Positions 15,121 to 23,771 of a stretch of 50,619 nt of DNA are shown one piece after another. The DNA is from a candidate division WWE3 bacterium. Its GTDB lineage: Bacteria; Patescibacteriota; WWE3; JAUXAW01. The DNA lies in NCBI GenBank assembly GCA_030619715.1, contig JAUXAW010000003.1, positions 1 through 50,619 on the forward strand, in the 5' to 3' direction. Both the position numbers and the translations under genes were made by a program. Each line of letters opens with the position of its first letter. Position 1 is the first letter of the stretch. The notes under the pieces were generated by a model. It did no database searches. It worked only from the letters and a program-made list of their open reading frames with translations, and was not told the DNA's origin.

Positions 15121-15522
15121 ATGAAAACTTTCGTTACCGTCCACGCCGTTGCGGTTAATAATGCTGGCGAGTATTTAGTCCTCCAAAGAGCCAATCACCG
15201 ATCGGATCCGGGTCTGTGGAATTTTGCCACCGGTTTTATTCAGGATAGAGAGTCCGCCGAAGAAGCCGCTTTAAGAGAGTTAAAAGAAGAAACCAATCTT
15301 GAAGGAGAAATCGTCAAAACTACCGAGCCCTTTTGGGTTGATATAAATAGAAAACGATGGGTAATCATCGCCTCCCTCATAAAAGTCAGTGGCACCTCTC
15401 AATTAAAGATTGACGAAAACGAATCAAAAGCATACAAGTGGATCAAACCCGACGATCCAATCGTCTCTCAGTCGAAAGGTCTTGAAGCTAGCTTCAAAGA
15501 ATTAGGGATGATCTTGAAATGA
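15121..15522 (+). CDS. NUDIX hydrolase
   Basis: Nudix box GFIQDRESAEEAALRELKEETNL. Confidence 0.85.
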   Translation: MKTFVTVHAVAVNNAGEYLVLQRANHRSDPGLWNFATGFIQDRESAEEAALRELKEETNLEGEIVKTTEPFWVDINRKRWVIIASLIKVSGTSQLKIDENESKAYKWIKPDDPIVSQSKGLEASFKELGMILK

Positions 15523-15594
15523 AAATTGGAAGCGCTACCTACAATCAAGCACGGTTACCGCGATTTGAAAAATTAAAATTATAGGAGAGTTGGA

Positions 15595-17028
15595 ATGTTG
15601 TTTTCCGAAAGATTTAGCATAAAGAGAGATGAGCGCGATTCGTGGTTTGATCCACTATTGGCCTTTGATACTAAACTTTTTATTGATCCCTTCTTGGTTT
15701 TTAAATACGGAACCCCTCCTTTTGATAACGCTCATGAAAAGCTTGTTAAATTCTTCAATATAGTTTTTAAGTTAATAGCATCATCAGGCGGGGAGCCTAC
15801 CAGATCAAATTATTTAAAAGCACTCGACCTTCTCTTATTTCCTGAGGTGGCTGAGCTGCGCCTGGGGTATACGAAAGGAGGTATAGAAGGTCTCGGATCC
15901 GCAAAAATTTTTGCGAAGTCAATGGCAGATGCAGTCTGGAACTCTATCGAAAGGGGTATAGAGAAAATCGAGCATTTTGAAGAACTTAGTATTTTTAGTG
16001 AGGGGATTGGAGCAGATAGGATCAGCGATATGGCTGCCAATATCTTAAAAAGCGAATTAATCTCATTTACTCAAGGCGTTTGTAAAAGGCATAACATTAC
16101 CCAAGTCCCCACAAGACTTAGGCATTCCTCGTTTAGCTTCAAATTTATTAAATGGCTCGATAGTGAAGTTTGTAAGCTGCCAATCAATCCTGACGATCAA
16201 AAACCGATACTACTTGTTCCTGAAAAGTTTTTAAATACGTTGCCAACAATTAACCCCCACGATTTTTGGGACTATATATTTGTTTGCGAAAACGAAAGGT
16301 TGCGACGCGAATTAAGCTGGGAAATTAAAAGAAGAGTTGACAAGAAAACAATTGTTAGCATTGCTAGACGGGCCCCGGATTTGGTTGAAAAATATATAGC
16401 TTGGGCGGAAGAGAAAAGAGGAACGCCGTATAATTTAACAAAAGATCCAAAGTTCTTACACAAGTGGTACCAATCAGGTGTGCGCTACGCAGAAGACAAT
16501 CCGCTAAAACTTGGTCCCCCTAAAAATCATAAAGAGTTTTTAGATCTCATTCAGAGAATAATTAAAGAGTACAGGTTATTTGTTGAGCTTAGAGGAGGGT
16601 GTAAGCTTCTCTGGAACGACGATGGAAGTAGTAGGGGGGAAACAGCAGGCCAATTGCTTCTCCTCGCAGTCGCTTCCCAATATGCCAGAGATAACAACTT
16701 TGATATATCAAAAGAAGTTAACATTGGTAGAGGTCCTGTTGACTTCAAGTTTTCTAACGGCTTCTTTAGGAAGGTTGTGATTGAAGTCAAGTTATCGAAA
16801 AGCTCCCGCTTTTGGCATGGTTTAGAAAAGCAGCTTCCTGAATACCTAAAGGCCGAGGATGTCCAAGATGGGATCTATCTTGTGATAGGGTTAAGAGACA
16901 TTGATTTCAAAAATAGAATTCCAAAAATTGAGAGAATCTTAAAAGAGGTGGAGGAAAAAACTAAAAAGAATATTCAATGCGTCGTTGTTGACGCCAGACC
17001 AAGCAAACCCCCTGCATCGAAGTTATAA
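15595..17028 (+). CDS. Hypothetical 477-aa protein with a C-terminal PD-(D/E)xK-like nuclease motif
   Basis: AGGAGAG Shine-Dalgarno site. C-terminus GETAGQ...GRGPVDFKFSNGFFRKVVIEVKL fits E...D-x13-E-x-K. Visibly more AT-rich than its neighbours. N-terminal ~370 aa unassigned. Confidence 0.6.
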   Translation: MLFSERFSIKRDERDSWFDPLLAFDTKLFIDPFLVFKYGTPPFDNAHEKLVKFFNIVFKLIASSGGEPTRSNYLKALDLLLFPEVAELRLGYTKGGIEGLGSAKIFAKSMADAVWNSIERGIEKIEHFEELSIFSEGIGADRISDMAANILKSELISFTQGVCKRHNITQVPTRLRHSSFSFKFIKWLDSEVCKLPINPDDQKPILLVPEKFLNTLPTINPHDFWDYIFVCENERLRRELSWEIKRRVDKKTIVSIARRAPDLVEKYIAWAEEKRGTPYNLTKDPKFLHKWYQSGVRYAEDNPLKLGPPKNHKEFLDLIQRIIKEYRLFVELRGGCKLLWNDDGSSRGETAGQLLLLAVASQYARDNNFDISKEVNIGRGPVDFKFSNGFFRKVVIEVKLSKSSRFWHGLEKQLPEYLKAEDVQDGIYLVIGLRDIDFKNRIPKIERILKEVEEKTKKNIQCVVVDARPSKPPASKL

Positions 17029-17082
17029 TTCCTCAGGTGTACCACAGTAATTGAAATATAGACTTCAGGATAAATAAGCGGT

Positions 17083-17107
17083 ATTTCGCCATTGGCGAAA
17101 TTCTCGG
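17083..17107. repeat. P1-like element copy 5: ATTTCGCCATTGGCGAAATTCTCGG
   Basis: Same layout (TTT-stem-stem-AAATT-C-rich tail), but the stem sequence changes in a compensatory way (CGCCA/TGGCG instead of GCGAG/CTCGC). Confidence 0.5.
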
Positions 17108-17163
17108 AAGGGCGAACAAAAAGGCCCGCCGCGGGCGGACCTAATCCTGAGCTTGTCGAAGGA

Positions 17164-17239
17164 TGGTGGGACCGGAGGGGCTCGAACCCTCAACTTCTGG
17201 CTTAAAAGGCCAGTACTCTGCCTATTGAGTTACAGTCCC
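17164..17239 (-). tRNA. tRNA-Lys (anticodon TTT), CCA encoded
   Basis: 76 nt: GGGACTG acceptor pairs with CGGTCCC; anticodon loop CTTTTAA; T-arm GAGGG TTCGAGC CCCTC. Followed on the minus strand by a GC hairpin + TTTTT (17116-17141). Confidence 0.93.
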
Positions 17240-17274
17240 AAAACCTCTGGTTGCGTCAAAGGCCAGTGCTCTTT

Positions 17275-17303
17275 ATCCTACCCCATTTCCCCCTCAAAGT
17301 CAA
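17275..17303 (-). promoter_or_regulatory. tRNA-Lys promoter: -35 TTGACT (17303-17298), 17 nt, -10 TAGGAT (17280-17275)
   Basis: Read on the minus strand, about 35 nt upstream of the mature 5' end. Confidence 0.55.
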
Positions 17304-17326
17304 CCTTGTGATATACTTAGATCGTT

Positions 17327-18481
17327 GTGAAGAAAAAAGTTTATCTTGATTATGCGGCGACGACTCCGGTTGAGCCCCAAGTTTTTGCGGCGATGGAGCC
17401 GTTTCTCAAGGAAAAGTTTGGCAACCCCTCATCGATTCATTCTTGGGGGCAGGAAGCAAGAGCCGCCATCGATCAATCCCGTGAGCAGGTTGCAAATTTT
17501 CTAAACTGCCAACCGCAGGAAATCATCTTTACTAGCTGTGCGACGGAATCAAATAATTTGGCGCTTAAAGGTGTCATCGAAGCCCAGAAATGCCATATTA
17601 TCGTTTCTTCGATCGAGCACCATGGCGTTTTGGATACGGCCAAGCATCTGGAAAGAACTGGGGCGGTGGAGGTAACCTGGCTTCCGGTTGACAAATATGG
17701 TCTTGTTGATCCCGAGGATGTTAAGAAAGCGATTAAAGATAATACTGCTTTGGTTTCCGTAGGATATATCAACAACGAGGTTGGCACGATCGAACCGATT
17801 GCGGAAATTGGCAAGCTCTTAAAATCAATCAATAATCGTGTTCTCTTTCACACCGACGCCGTCCAGGCAATTCAGTTTCTTGACTGCGATGTGCAAAAAC
17901 TAGGCGTTGACCTTCTGTCTTTATCCGCCCACAAGTTTTACGGTCCTAAAGGCGTCGGCGTTCTCTACATCAGAAAAGGAACGCCGATTATCCGCCAGCA
18001 GGACGGGGGCGGGCAGGAACACCGCATGCGGGCGGGGACGGAAAATGTGGCGGGAATTGTGGGACTTGGGGCGGCGATTCAGTCCTTCGCTTACGCTCAG
18101 GATAAACTTCCAGCGGAGAGGGTTAAAAAACTTCGAGATAAACTAATCGATGGGATCCTAGCGATTTCAGGAGTACAACTGACCGGGCATCCGGAAAAAA
18201 GAGCACCGCACATTGCCAGTTTTGTCGTCGACGGTGCTGAGGGGGAAGCGATGTTGTTGGGTTTGAATCGAGAAGGAATCGCGGCCTCCTCTGGATCAGC
18301 TTGCACCACGCCTCTTTCGAAACCATCCCATGTCTTGATAGCAATGGGTATTTCGCAGGAGCTGACTCACGGCTCTCTTCGGTTTTCCCTGGGAAAGCAG
18401 ACGACGGAGCAAGACATCGATTATGTGCTGGAAAAGCTGCCCCCGATTATTGAGCGCTTGAGGGAAATAGCACCGAAGTAA
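17327..18481 (+). CDS. nifS: Cysteine desulfurase (NifS/IscS type)
   Basis: YLDYAATTP; PLP-lysine motif SAHKFYGPKG; catalytic loop SSGSACT. GTG start 9 nt after TGTGATATACT. Confidence 0.9.
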   Translation: MKKKVYLDYAATTPVEPQVFAAMEPFLKEKFGNPSSIHSWGQEARAAIDQSREQVANFLNCQPQEIIFTSCATESNNLALKGVIEAQKCHIIVSSIEHHGVLDTAKHLERTGAVEVTWLPVDKYGLVDPEDVKKAIKDNTALVSVGYINNEVGTIEPIAEIGKLLKSINNRVLFHTDAVQAIQFLDCDVQKLGVDLLSLSAHKFYGPKGVGVLYIRKGTPIIRQQDGGGQEHRMRAGTENVAGIVGLGAAIQSFAYAQDKLPAERVKKLRDKLIDGILAISGVQLTGHPEKRAPHIASFVVDGAEGEAMLLGLNREGIAASSGSACTTPLSKPSHVLIAMGISQELTHGSLRFSLGKQTTEQDIDYVLEKLPPIIERLREIAPK

Positions 18482-18482
18482 G

Positions 18483-18881
18483 ATGAAGCAATTCTATTCC
18501 GACAAAGTTTTGGAACATTTTGAAAACCCTCGTAACATCGGGTCGCTTCCCGAGGGTCCGGATGTGGGTGTCGGCACCGTTGGTAATCCTATCTGTGGTG
18601 ACATCATGAAAATTTTTATCAAGGTTGGTAAGAAGGACGACGAAGAATATGTGGAAGATGTTAAAGTGCAAACTTTAGGTTGCGGAGCGGCGATTGCCAC
18701 TTCTTCGATGGCGACGGAGATGATTAAAGGTAAGCCGCTGGCCGAAGCCGAGGAACTTTCCAACCAGGCCGTCGTTGAGGCTTTGGACGGTCTACCGGAG
18801 GTCAAAAAGCACTGCTCGGTTTTAGCTGCCCAGGCGATTAAAGAGGCAATTGAAGATTATCGCCAAAAGAATGAAAATTGA
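18483..18881 (+). CDS. nifU: Fe-S cluster assembly scaffold (NifU N-terminal / IscU type)
   Basis: Three conserved Cys contexts: GNPICGD, LGCGAAIA, KKHCS. Directly after nifS. Confidence 0.9.
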   Translation: MKQFYSDKVLEHFENPRNIGSLPEGPDVGVGTVGNPICGDIMKIFIKVGKKDDEEYVEDVKVQTLGCGAAIATSSMATEMIKGKPLAEAEELSNQAVVEALDGLPEVKKHCSVLAAQAIKEAIEDYRQKNEN

Positions 18882-20292
18882 TCCTGCCATTTTTAGAGCT
18901 TACGATGTTAGAGGTAAAGTTGGCGAGAGTTTGACCCCCGAAGTTGTTGAGGCAATTGGTCAGGCCTTTGGGAGCCATATCAAGAGCGAAGGCGGTCAGC
19001 AGGTTTCCGTTTCCCGTGACAATCGCGAGTCCTCACGGCCTTTAGCCACAGATTTTATCCGCGGCGTCCTCTCGACAGGTGTTAATGTCATTGACCTCGG
19101 CTTGACCACGACCCCGATGCTTTATTTCTCGATTATCAAATTTGATTTCGATGGTGGGGCGATCATCACCGGAAGCCACGCCGCGGTGGAGTACAACGGA
19201 ATTAAACTTTGCAAAAAGCAGGTTCTTCACATTGCCGGTGATGAGCTTAAAGAAATTCAAAAGCTGGTCGAGGACGAAAATTTTATCTCCGGCCGCGGGC
19301 AGCTGACAAAGCAAGATATTTTTGACGAGTATGAGGCGGAGATTTTAAGACGAATCAAGCTGTCACGCTCCTTAAGGATTGCCGTTGATTGTGGTGATGG
19401 TGCTACAGGCAACTCCGCCCCGGATATCTTTGAGGCGCTAGGTTGCCAAGTTTTTCGCTACGCTTGTAAGCCTTTAGGTGAGTTCTTTCATGGTGGTTCC
19501 GATCCCTCTGTACCCGAGAACTTAGAAGATCTTGAGGAGATAGTTGTGCATCGGGACCACGATCTTGGAATCGGTTTCGATGCCGATGGCGACCGTCTTG
19601 GCGTTGTCGATGATGGGGGGAATTATGTTCCCGCCGAAAAAATTGCTGCGGTGATCGCTAGGGATATTTTGGGGGGTTTTCGTAAGTTTTTTTCGGAAAA
19701 GAAAAAATTTATTTGTGATGCCAAGTCTCTGTTGGTTTTCAAGACAGTGGTTGAAGATGCCGGCGGGCAGGTTGAGATATCTCCCGTTGGCCGCTCCTTT
19801 TTGCGCCAAAAACTTTTTGAGGATCCCGAGGTTCTCTTGGCGGTGGGGGCTGCAGGACATATTCACATCAACCATAATTTTTTTGGCTTCGACGACGCTA
19901 CTTTCGCCGCCGCCCGTTTGTTGGAAATTCTTTCAAAGTCCCGGAAAAGTTTATCTAAGCTTATTTCCGAGTTCCCTAGATCTTTTTACACGCCGGAGAT
20001 CCGCTTCCCCTACCCTGACGAGAAGAAGTTTGAGCTAGTTGAGGAAGTCTGTGATAGTTTTTCGAAAAAATATGATACGATAGAAGTTGACGGGGTACGG
20101 GCTAAACTTGACGAAAAAAGTTGGTTCTTGGTTCGGGCCAAAAACACCGGTCCCTATCTTTCGTTGAGATTCGAAGCCGACACTGAAGAAAAGGTTTTGG
20201 AAATGATTGGGATTGTGGCAGAGGAGTTGAAGAAGTATCCTGACCTCGATCAGAAGTGGATCAACGATGCTAAAACAAACATCAGCAGTTAA
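18871..20292 (+). CDS. Phosphohexomutase family protein (phosphomannomutase/phosphoglucomutase-like)
   Basis: IFRAYDVRG; phosphoserine loop variant TGSHAAVEYNGIK (normally T[AG]SHNP); metal loop GFDADGDR. Start taken at ATG 18871 (MKIDPAIF). Confidence 0.82.
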   Translation: MKIDPAIFRAYDVRGKVGESLTPEVVEAIGQAFGSHIKSEGGQQVSVSRDNRESSRPLATDFIRGVLSTGVNVIDLGLTTTPMLYFSIIKFDFDGGAIITGSHAAVEYNGIKLCKKQVLHIAGDELKEIQKLVEDENFISGRGQLTKQDIFDEYEAEILRRIKLSRSLRIAVDCGDGATGNSAPDIFEALGCQVFRYACKPLGEFFHGGSDPSVPENLEDLEEIVVHRDHDLGIGFDADGDRLGVVDDGGNYVPAEKIAAVIARDILGGFRKFFSEKKKFICDAKSLLVFKTVVEDAGGQVEISPVGRSFLRQKLFEDPEVLLAVGAAGHIHINHNFFGFDDATFAAARLLEILSKSRKSLSKLISEFPRSFYTPEIRFPYPDEKKFELVEEVCDSFSKKYDTIEVDGVRAKLDEKSWFLVRAKNTGPYLSLRFEADTEEKVLEMIGIVAEELKKYPDLDQKWINDAKTNISS

Positions 20293-20770
20293 AATTAGAA
20301 AGCTGGAGGATATGCGTGATGTGTTGATGGACCCCGAGGCCGAGGGTCCGGAAAGCGTTTATGTAATGATTCGGGGCAAGCCGAACATTACCGTTTTGGT
20401 TCCCGGAAAAATTGGGCGGGAGTTTACCAAGACCCACGGCCACTATCATAAAGACGATCGTTCGGAAACTTATAAAGTTCTTTTTGGTGGGGGCAAGATG
20501 CTGATTCAGAACCGTGATGTTAGTGATGTCAAGCTTTTAGACCTTGAGCTCGGTCAAAGTATTACTATTCCTTCAGGTTATGCTCATACGATGATTAACA
20601 CCGGCGACGGGCCGTTGGTTACAACTGACGACTGCCCACCGGACGCGGAAACCACCGTCAACGATTACGAGCCGATCAAAGAGAAGAAAGGTTTTGCGCA
20701 GTACGTTATCGAAGATGAGAACGGGGAGATTAAGACAGTCCCAAACCCAAACTATGTTCATAGCAACTAA
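20267..20770 (+). CDS. Cupin-type glucose-6-phosphate isomerase (cPGI)
   Basis: Matches my recollection of Thermococcales cPGI end to end: RKLEDM, GKIGREFTKTHGHYH, ETYKVLFGGGKMLIQ, IPSGYAHTMINTG, ENGEIKTVPNPNY. Confidence 0.78.
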   Translation: MLKQTSAVKIRKLEDMRDVLMDPEAEGPESVYVMIRGKPNITVLVPGKIGREFTKTHGHYHKDDRSETYKVLFGGGKMLIQNRDVSDVKLLDLELGQSITIPSGYAHTMINTGDGPLVTTDDCPPDAETTVNDYEPIKEKKGFAQYVIEDENGEIKTVPNPNYVHSN

Positions 20771-21506
20771 AGAACTTTTATCAAAGAACAAAGTCGTTCC
20801 TGCTTTCAATTTTTCTACCGCCGACGTCGCTCGGGCGATTGTTGAGGTGTGTGAGGATTTGGGACGGGACGTGATCCTCCAAACCTCGATGAGCGAGGCA
20901 AAGTTCCTCGGCCTCGATGTTGCCGTCGGGATTGCTAAGGCCTTAGGCCAGCGGTCAGAGATTTCCATTTCCCTCCACCTTGATCATGCTGACAATTTGG
21001 AGATTATCAAAGCCGCTCTTGACGCAGGATATGCCTCGTTTTTGGCTGGTGGCTCCAAGGTCAGTTTGGGGTTTGACGAAAGTGTTGAGTTCGTCAACGA
21101 AGCACAAAAGCTTGCCGGTGAAGACATTGTTGTTGAAGCGGTACTGACCGAGTTTGACCGCGCGGCGGAGTTTGTCGAAAAAACTAACCCTGATCTTTTG
21201 GCCCCTTTTAAAATTGTCAACTCTGAAGATGTCACCGAGATTGACAAAATAGAACAGGTCCACAAATTGGTCGATACTCCCTTGGTTCTCCATGATGGCT
21301 CCTCAAAGTCAGCCGAAGAGATTAAAGGGGCAGTCGCGGCCGGTGTGGTCAAAGTTAACTGGAACACCTGTTTGCGCGAGGCGTGGTCGAGTGCGTTGCG
21401 TCAAACATTAATTTCAAATCCTGAAGAGATTAAACCTTACAATATTTTGAAGCCAAGTGTCGAGGCGGTAAAGAAGGTTGTGGAGGAGAAAATTGAAAAA
21501 ATCTGA
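20754..21506 (+). CDS. fba: Class II fructose/tagatose-bisphosphate aldolase family protein
   Basis: VVPAFNF, DVILQTS, SLHLDHA, VLHDGSS. Start taken at ATG 20754 (MFIATKELL), overlapping the cPGI end. Confidence 0.78.
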   Translation: MFIATKELLSKNKVVPAFNFSTADVARAIVEVCEDLGRDVILQTSMSEAKFLGLDVAVGIAKALGQRSEISISLHLDHADNLEIIKAALDAGYASFLAGGSKVSLGFDESVEFVNEAQKLAGEDIVVEAVLTEFDRAAEFVEKTNPDLLAPFKIVNSEDVTEIDKIEQVHKLVDTPLVLHDGSSKSAEEIKGAVAAGVVKVNWNTCLREAWSSALRQTLISNPEEIKPYNILKPSVEAVKKVVEEKIEKI

Positions 21507-23763
21507 AAAAACAATTTTGTGGTTTGACGAAGTTTCTAGAAGAGATATTCCTCTGGTTGGAGGTAAGGGCGCTAATTTGGGCGAAATGCTTAAAGTGGGG
21601 ATTCCTGTTCCTCCGGGTTTTATCGTCTCGGCGAAGGCCTATTTTGACTTTGTCAAGAAATCAAGTTTGAAGGCCAAATTCAAAACCGAACTCAAGGACC
21701 TCGACGTTCATGATTCTAAAAAACTCAAACGGGCCTCACAAAGAATTCAGGCGGCGATTATTGCGGCTAAAATGCCGGCGGAAACCGCAAACGAAGTCAA
21801 AGAGGCCTACCAGAAACTTTCGGGAACTCACGATGAGCTGGTTGCCGTTCGCTCCTCGGCAACCGCCGAGGACCTCCCCGAGGCCTCTTTTGCCGGTCAG
21901 ATGAAAACTTTTCTCAATGTTGAAGGAGCAGAAAAACTCCTCAAAGCCGTTCAAGGTTGCTGGGCATCACTTTTTACCGCTCGGGCAATTTTCTACCGTG
22001 AAGAGAAGGGCTTTGACCATTACAAAATTGGCATCGCCGTTCCGGTGCAAAAGATGGTTGATTCTGAAGTTTCCGGAGTAGTTTTTACAGTTGATCCTTT
22101 AACCTCCAATCCCAACCGCATCGCCATCGAAGCGGCCTACGGTTTGGGTGAGGTCGTCGTTGCTGGTAAACTGACCCCCGACCAGTATCTGGTTGACAAG
22201 AAAACTTTGGAAATTGTGGACAAAAAAATCGTTCGCCAAGAGTTTCAGTTGATTCGTCAAGGCGAAAGGAAAGTTTCGCGCCGCAAGGGTAGCAAACAAA
22301 AGCTCCCTAACCAAAGAATTGTTGAATTAGCGGAAATCTGTAAGAAAATCGAAAAGCATTACAAGTTCCCCCAGGACATTGAATGGGGCTTTGCCCAAAA
22401 GAAGATTTGGATTGTGCAAACAAGGCCAGTAACGACTATTGAAGTGGGAATTGAGAAATGGGAGGTGCGAGAGGATGTCGTTGACGAGAAGGTTTTGTTG
22501 ACGGGAACCGGGGCCTCGCCGGGGGTGGCCAGCGGTCCGGTCAAGATAGTTCCGTCGGCGAAACAGATTGCCAAAGTTAAGAAAGGCGATGTTTTGGTCA
22601 CTTCGATGACCACCCCCGATTTTGTCCCGGCGATGAAAAGGGCGGTGGCGATTGTCACCGATAAAGGTGGACGAACTTCGCATGCGGCGATTGTCTCACG
22701 GGAGCTGGGAATCCCCTGTGCAATTGGGGCCCGTTACGCAACCTCGATGTTGAAATCGGGCGAAATTGTCACGGTTGATGGCTCTTCGGGTAAGGTTTAT
22801 CAGGGTCAAGTTTCGCCGGAGGAAATGAAACAGCTCCTTAGCTCTTTAGCTCTTCAGCAGTCAGCACGCAAGACCGCGACGAAGTTGTACGTTAATCTTT
22901 CCGAACCAGAGGCAGCAGCTAGGATTGCCGCGCAAAATGTTGACGGTGTGGGGTTGCTGCGCTCCGAATTTGTGATTGCCAAAATTGGTGTCCATCCGAG
23001 GAAGTTAATCGATGAAGGTAAGTCAAAGATTTTTGTCGATCAATTGGCTGAGGACGTGGCTAAATTCTGTCAGACCTTCTCACCTCGCCCCGTCGTCTAC
23101 CGAGCGACTGACCTTAAAACTTCCGAATACCGAAATCTCAAAGGCGGCAAAAAATATGAGGCCGAAGAGGCAAACCCGTTTATCGGTTTTCGTGGCGCGT
23201 TGCGCTACATTATTGATGATGATGTTTTTCGGCTGGAACTCAAAGCTCTCAAGCGCGTCAAAAACAAGATGGATTTCCGCAACCTGATTTTGATGGTTCC
23301 CTTCGTGCGGACGGTTGATGAGCTGCGGAAAGTCAAGGATATTATCGTTGAAGAAGGACTAAGGCGCTCGTCACGATTCAAGCTCTGGATGATGGTTGAA
23401 GTACCTTCAAATGTAGTCATCCTTGAAGATTTTGCCAAGGTGGGGATTGATGGGGTTTCGATTGGGAGCAATGATTTGACAATGTTGACTCTGGGGGTCG
23501 ATCGCGATAACGAGAAAATTGCTAAAGATTTTAACGAACTGGATCCGGCCGTTTTGTGGATGCTCGAACAAACGATCAAAAAATGCCGCAAACTGAAACT
23601 TACTTCCTCAATTTGCGGCCAGGCGCCGTCGGACTTTCCGGAACTGACCAAGAAGCTGGTCAAGTGGGGCATCACTTCTATCTCCATTAACCCCGACGTC
23701 ATCGCCCAAACCCGCCAGCTTATTTACGAGGCGGAGAAGGATTTGGTAGTAAAAAAGAAGTGA
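21493..23763 (+). CDS. ppsA: Phosphoenolpyruvate synthase (pyruvate, water dikinase)
   Basis: ILWFDEV...VGGKGANLGEM; phosphohistidine motif GGRTSHAAIVSRELGIP; C-terminal PEP-utilising domain with ICGQAPS. Start uncertain (TTG 21493 or TTG 21478). Confidence 0.92.
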   Translation: MKKSEKTILWFDEVSRRDIPLVGGKGANLGEMLKVGIPVPPGFIVSAKAYFDFVKKSSLKAKFKTELKDLDVHDSKKLKRASQRIQAAIIAAKMPAETANEVKEAYQKLSGTHDELVAVRSSATAEDLPEASFAGQMKTFLNVEGAEKLLKAVQGCWASLFTARAIFYREEKGFDHYKIGIAVPVQKMVDSEVSGVVFTVDPLTSNPNRIAIEAAYGLGEVVVAGKLTPDQYLVDKKTLEIVDKKIVRQEFQLIRQGERKVSRRKGSKQKLPNQRIVELAEICKKIEKHYKFPQDIEWGFAQKKIWIVQTRPVTTIEVGIEKWEVREDVVDEKVLLTGTGASPGVASGPVKIVPSAKQIAKVKKGDVLVTSMTTPDFVPAMKRAVAIVTDKGGRTSHAAIVSRELGIPCAIGARYATSMLKSGEIVTVDGSSGKVYQGQVSPEEMKQLLSSLALQQSARKTATKLYVNLSEPEAAARIAAQNVDGVGLLRSEFVIAKIGVHPRKLIDEGKSKIFVDQLAEDVAKFCQTFSPRPVVYRATDLKTSEYRNLKGGKKYEAEEANPFIGFRGALRYIIDDDVFRLELKALKRVKNKMDFRNLILMVPFVRTVDELRKVKDIIVEEGLRRSSRFKLWMMVEVPSNVVILEDFAKVGIDGVSIGSNDLTMLTLGVDRDNEKIAKDFNELDPAVLWMLEQTIKKCRKLKLTSSICGQAPSDFPELTKKLVKWGITSISINPDVIAQTRQLIYEAEKDLVVKKK
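22837..22868. repeat. Octamer-like array CCTTAGCT CTTTAGCT CTTCAGCA GTCAGCAC inside ppsA
   Basis: Read directly. Encodes LLSSLALQQSA in the linker before the PEP-utilising domain. Nt 22838-22858 are identical to the pheT coding strand at 2598-2578. Confidence 0.85.
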
Positions 23764-23771
23764 CAGCTTTC

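Noticed and set aside
11681-17107. P1 elements as integron attC sites / a cassette array
   Set aside because: No IntI-type integrase is nearby. There are no RYYYAAC / GTTRRRY core sites at the element ends. Several of the cassettes carry their own promoters, and one copy changes the stem sequence entirely. The elements are retained as an unexplained repeat, not called an integron.
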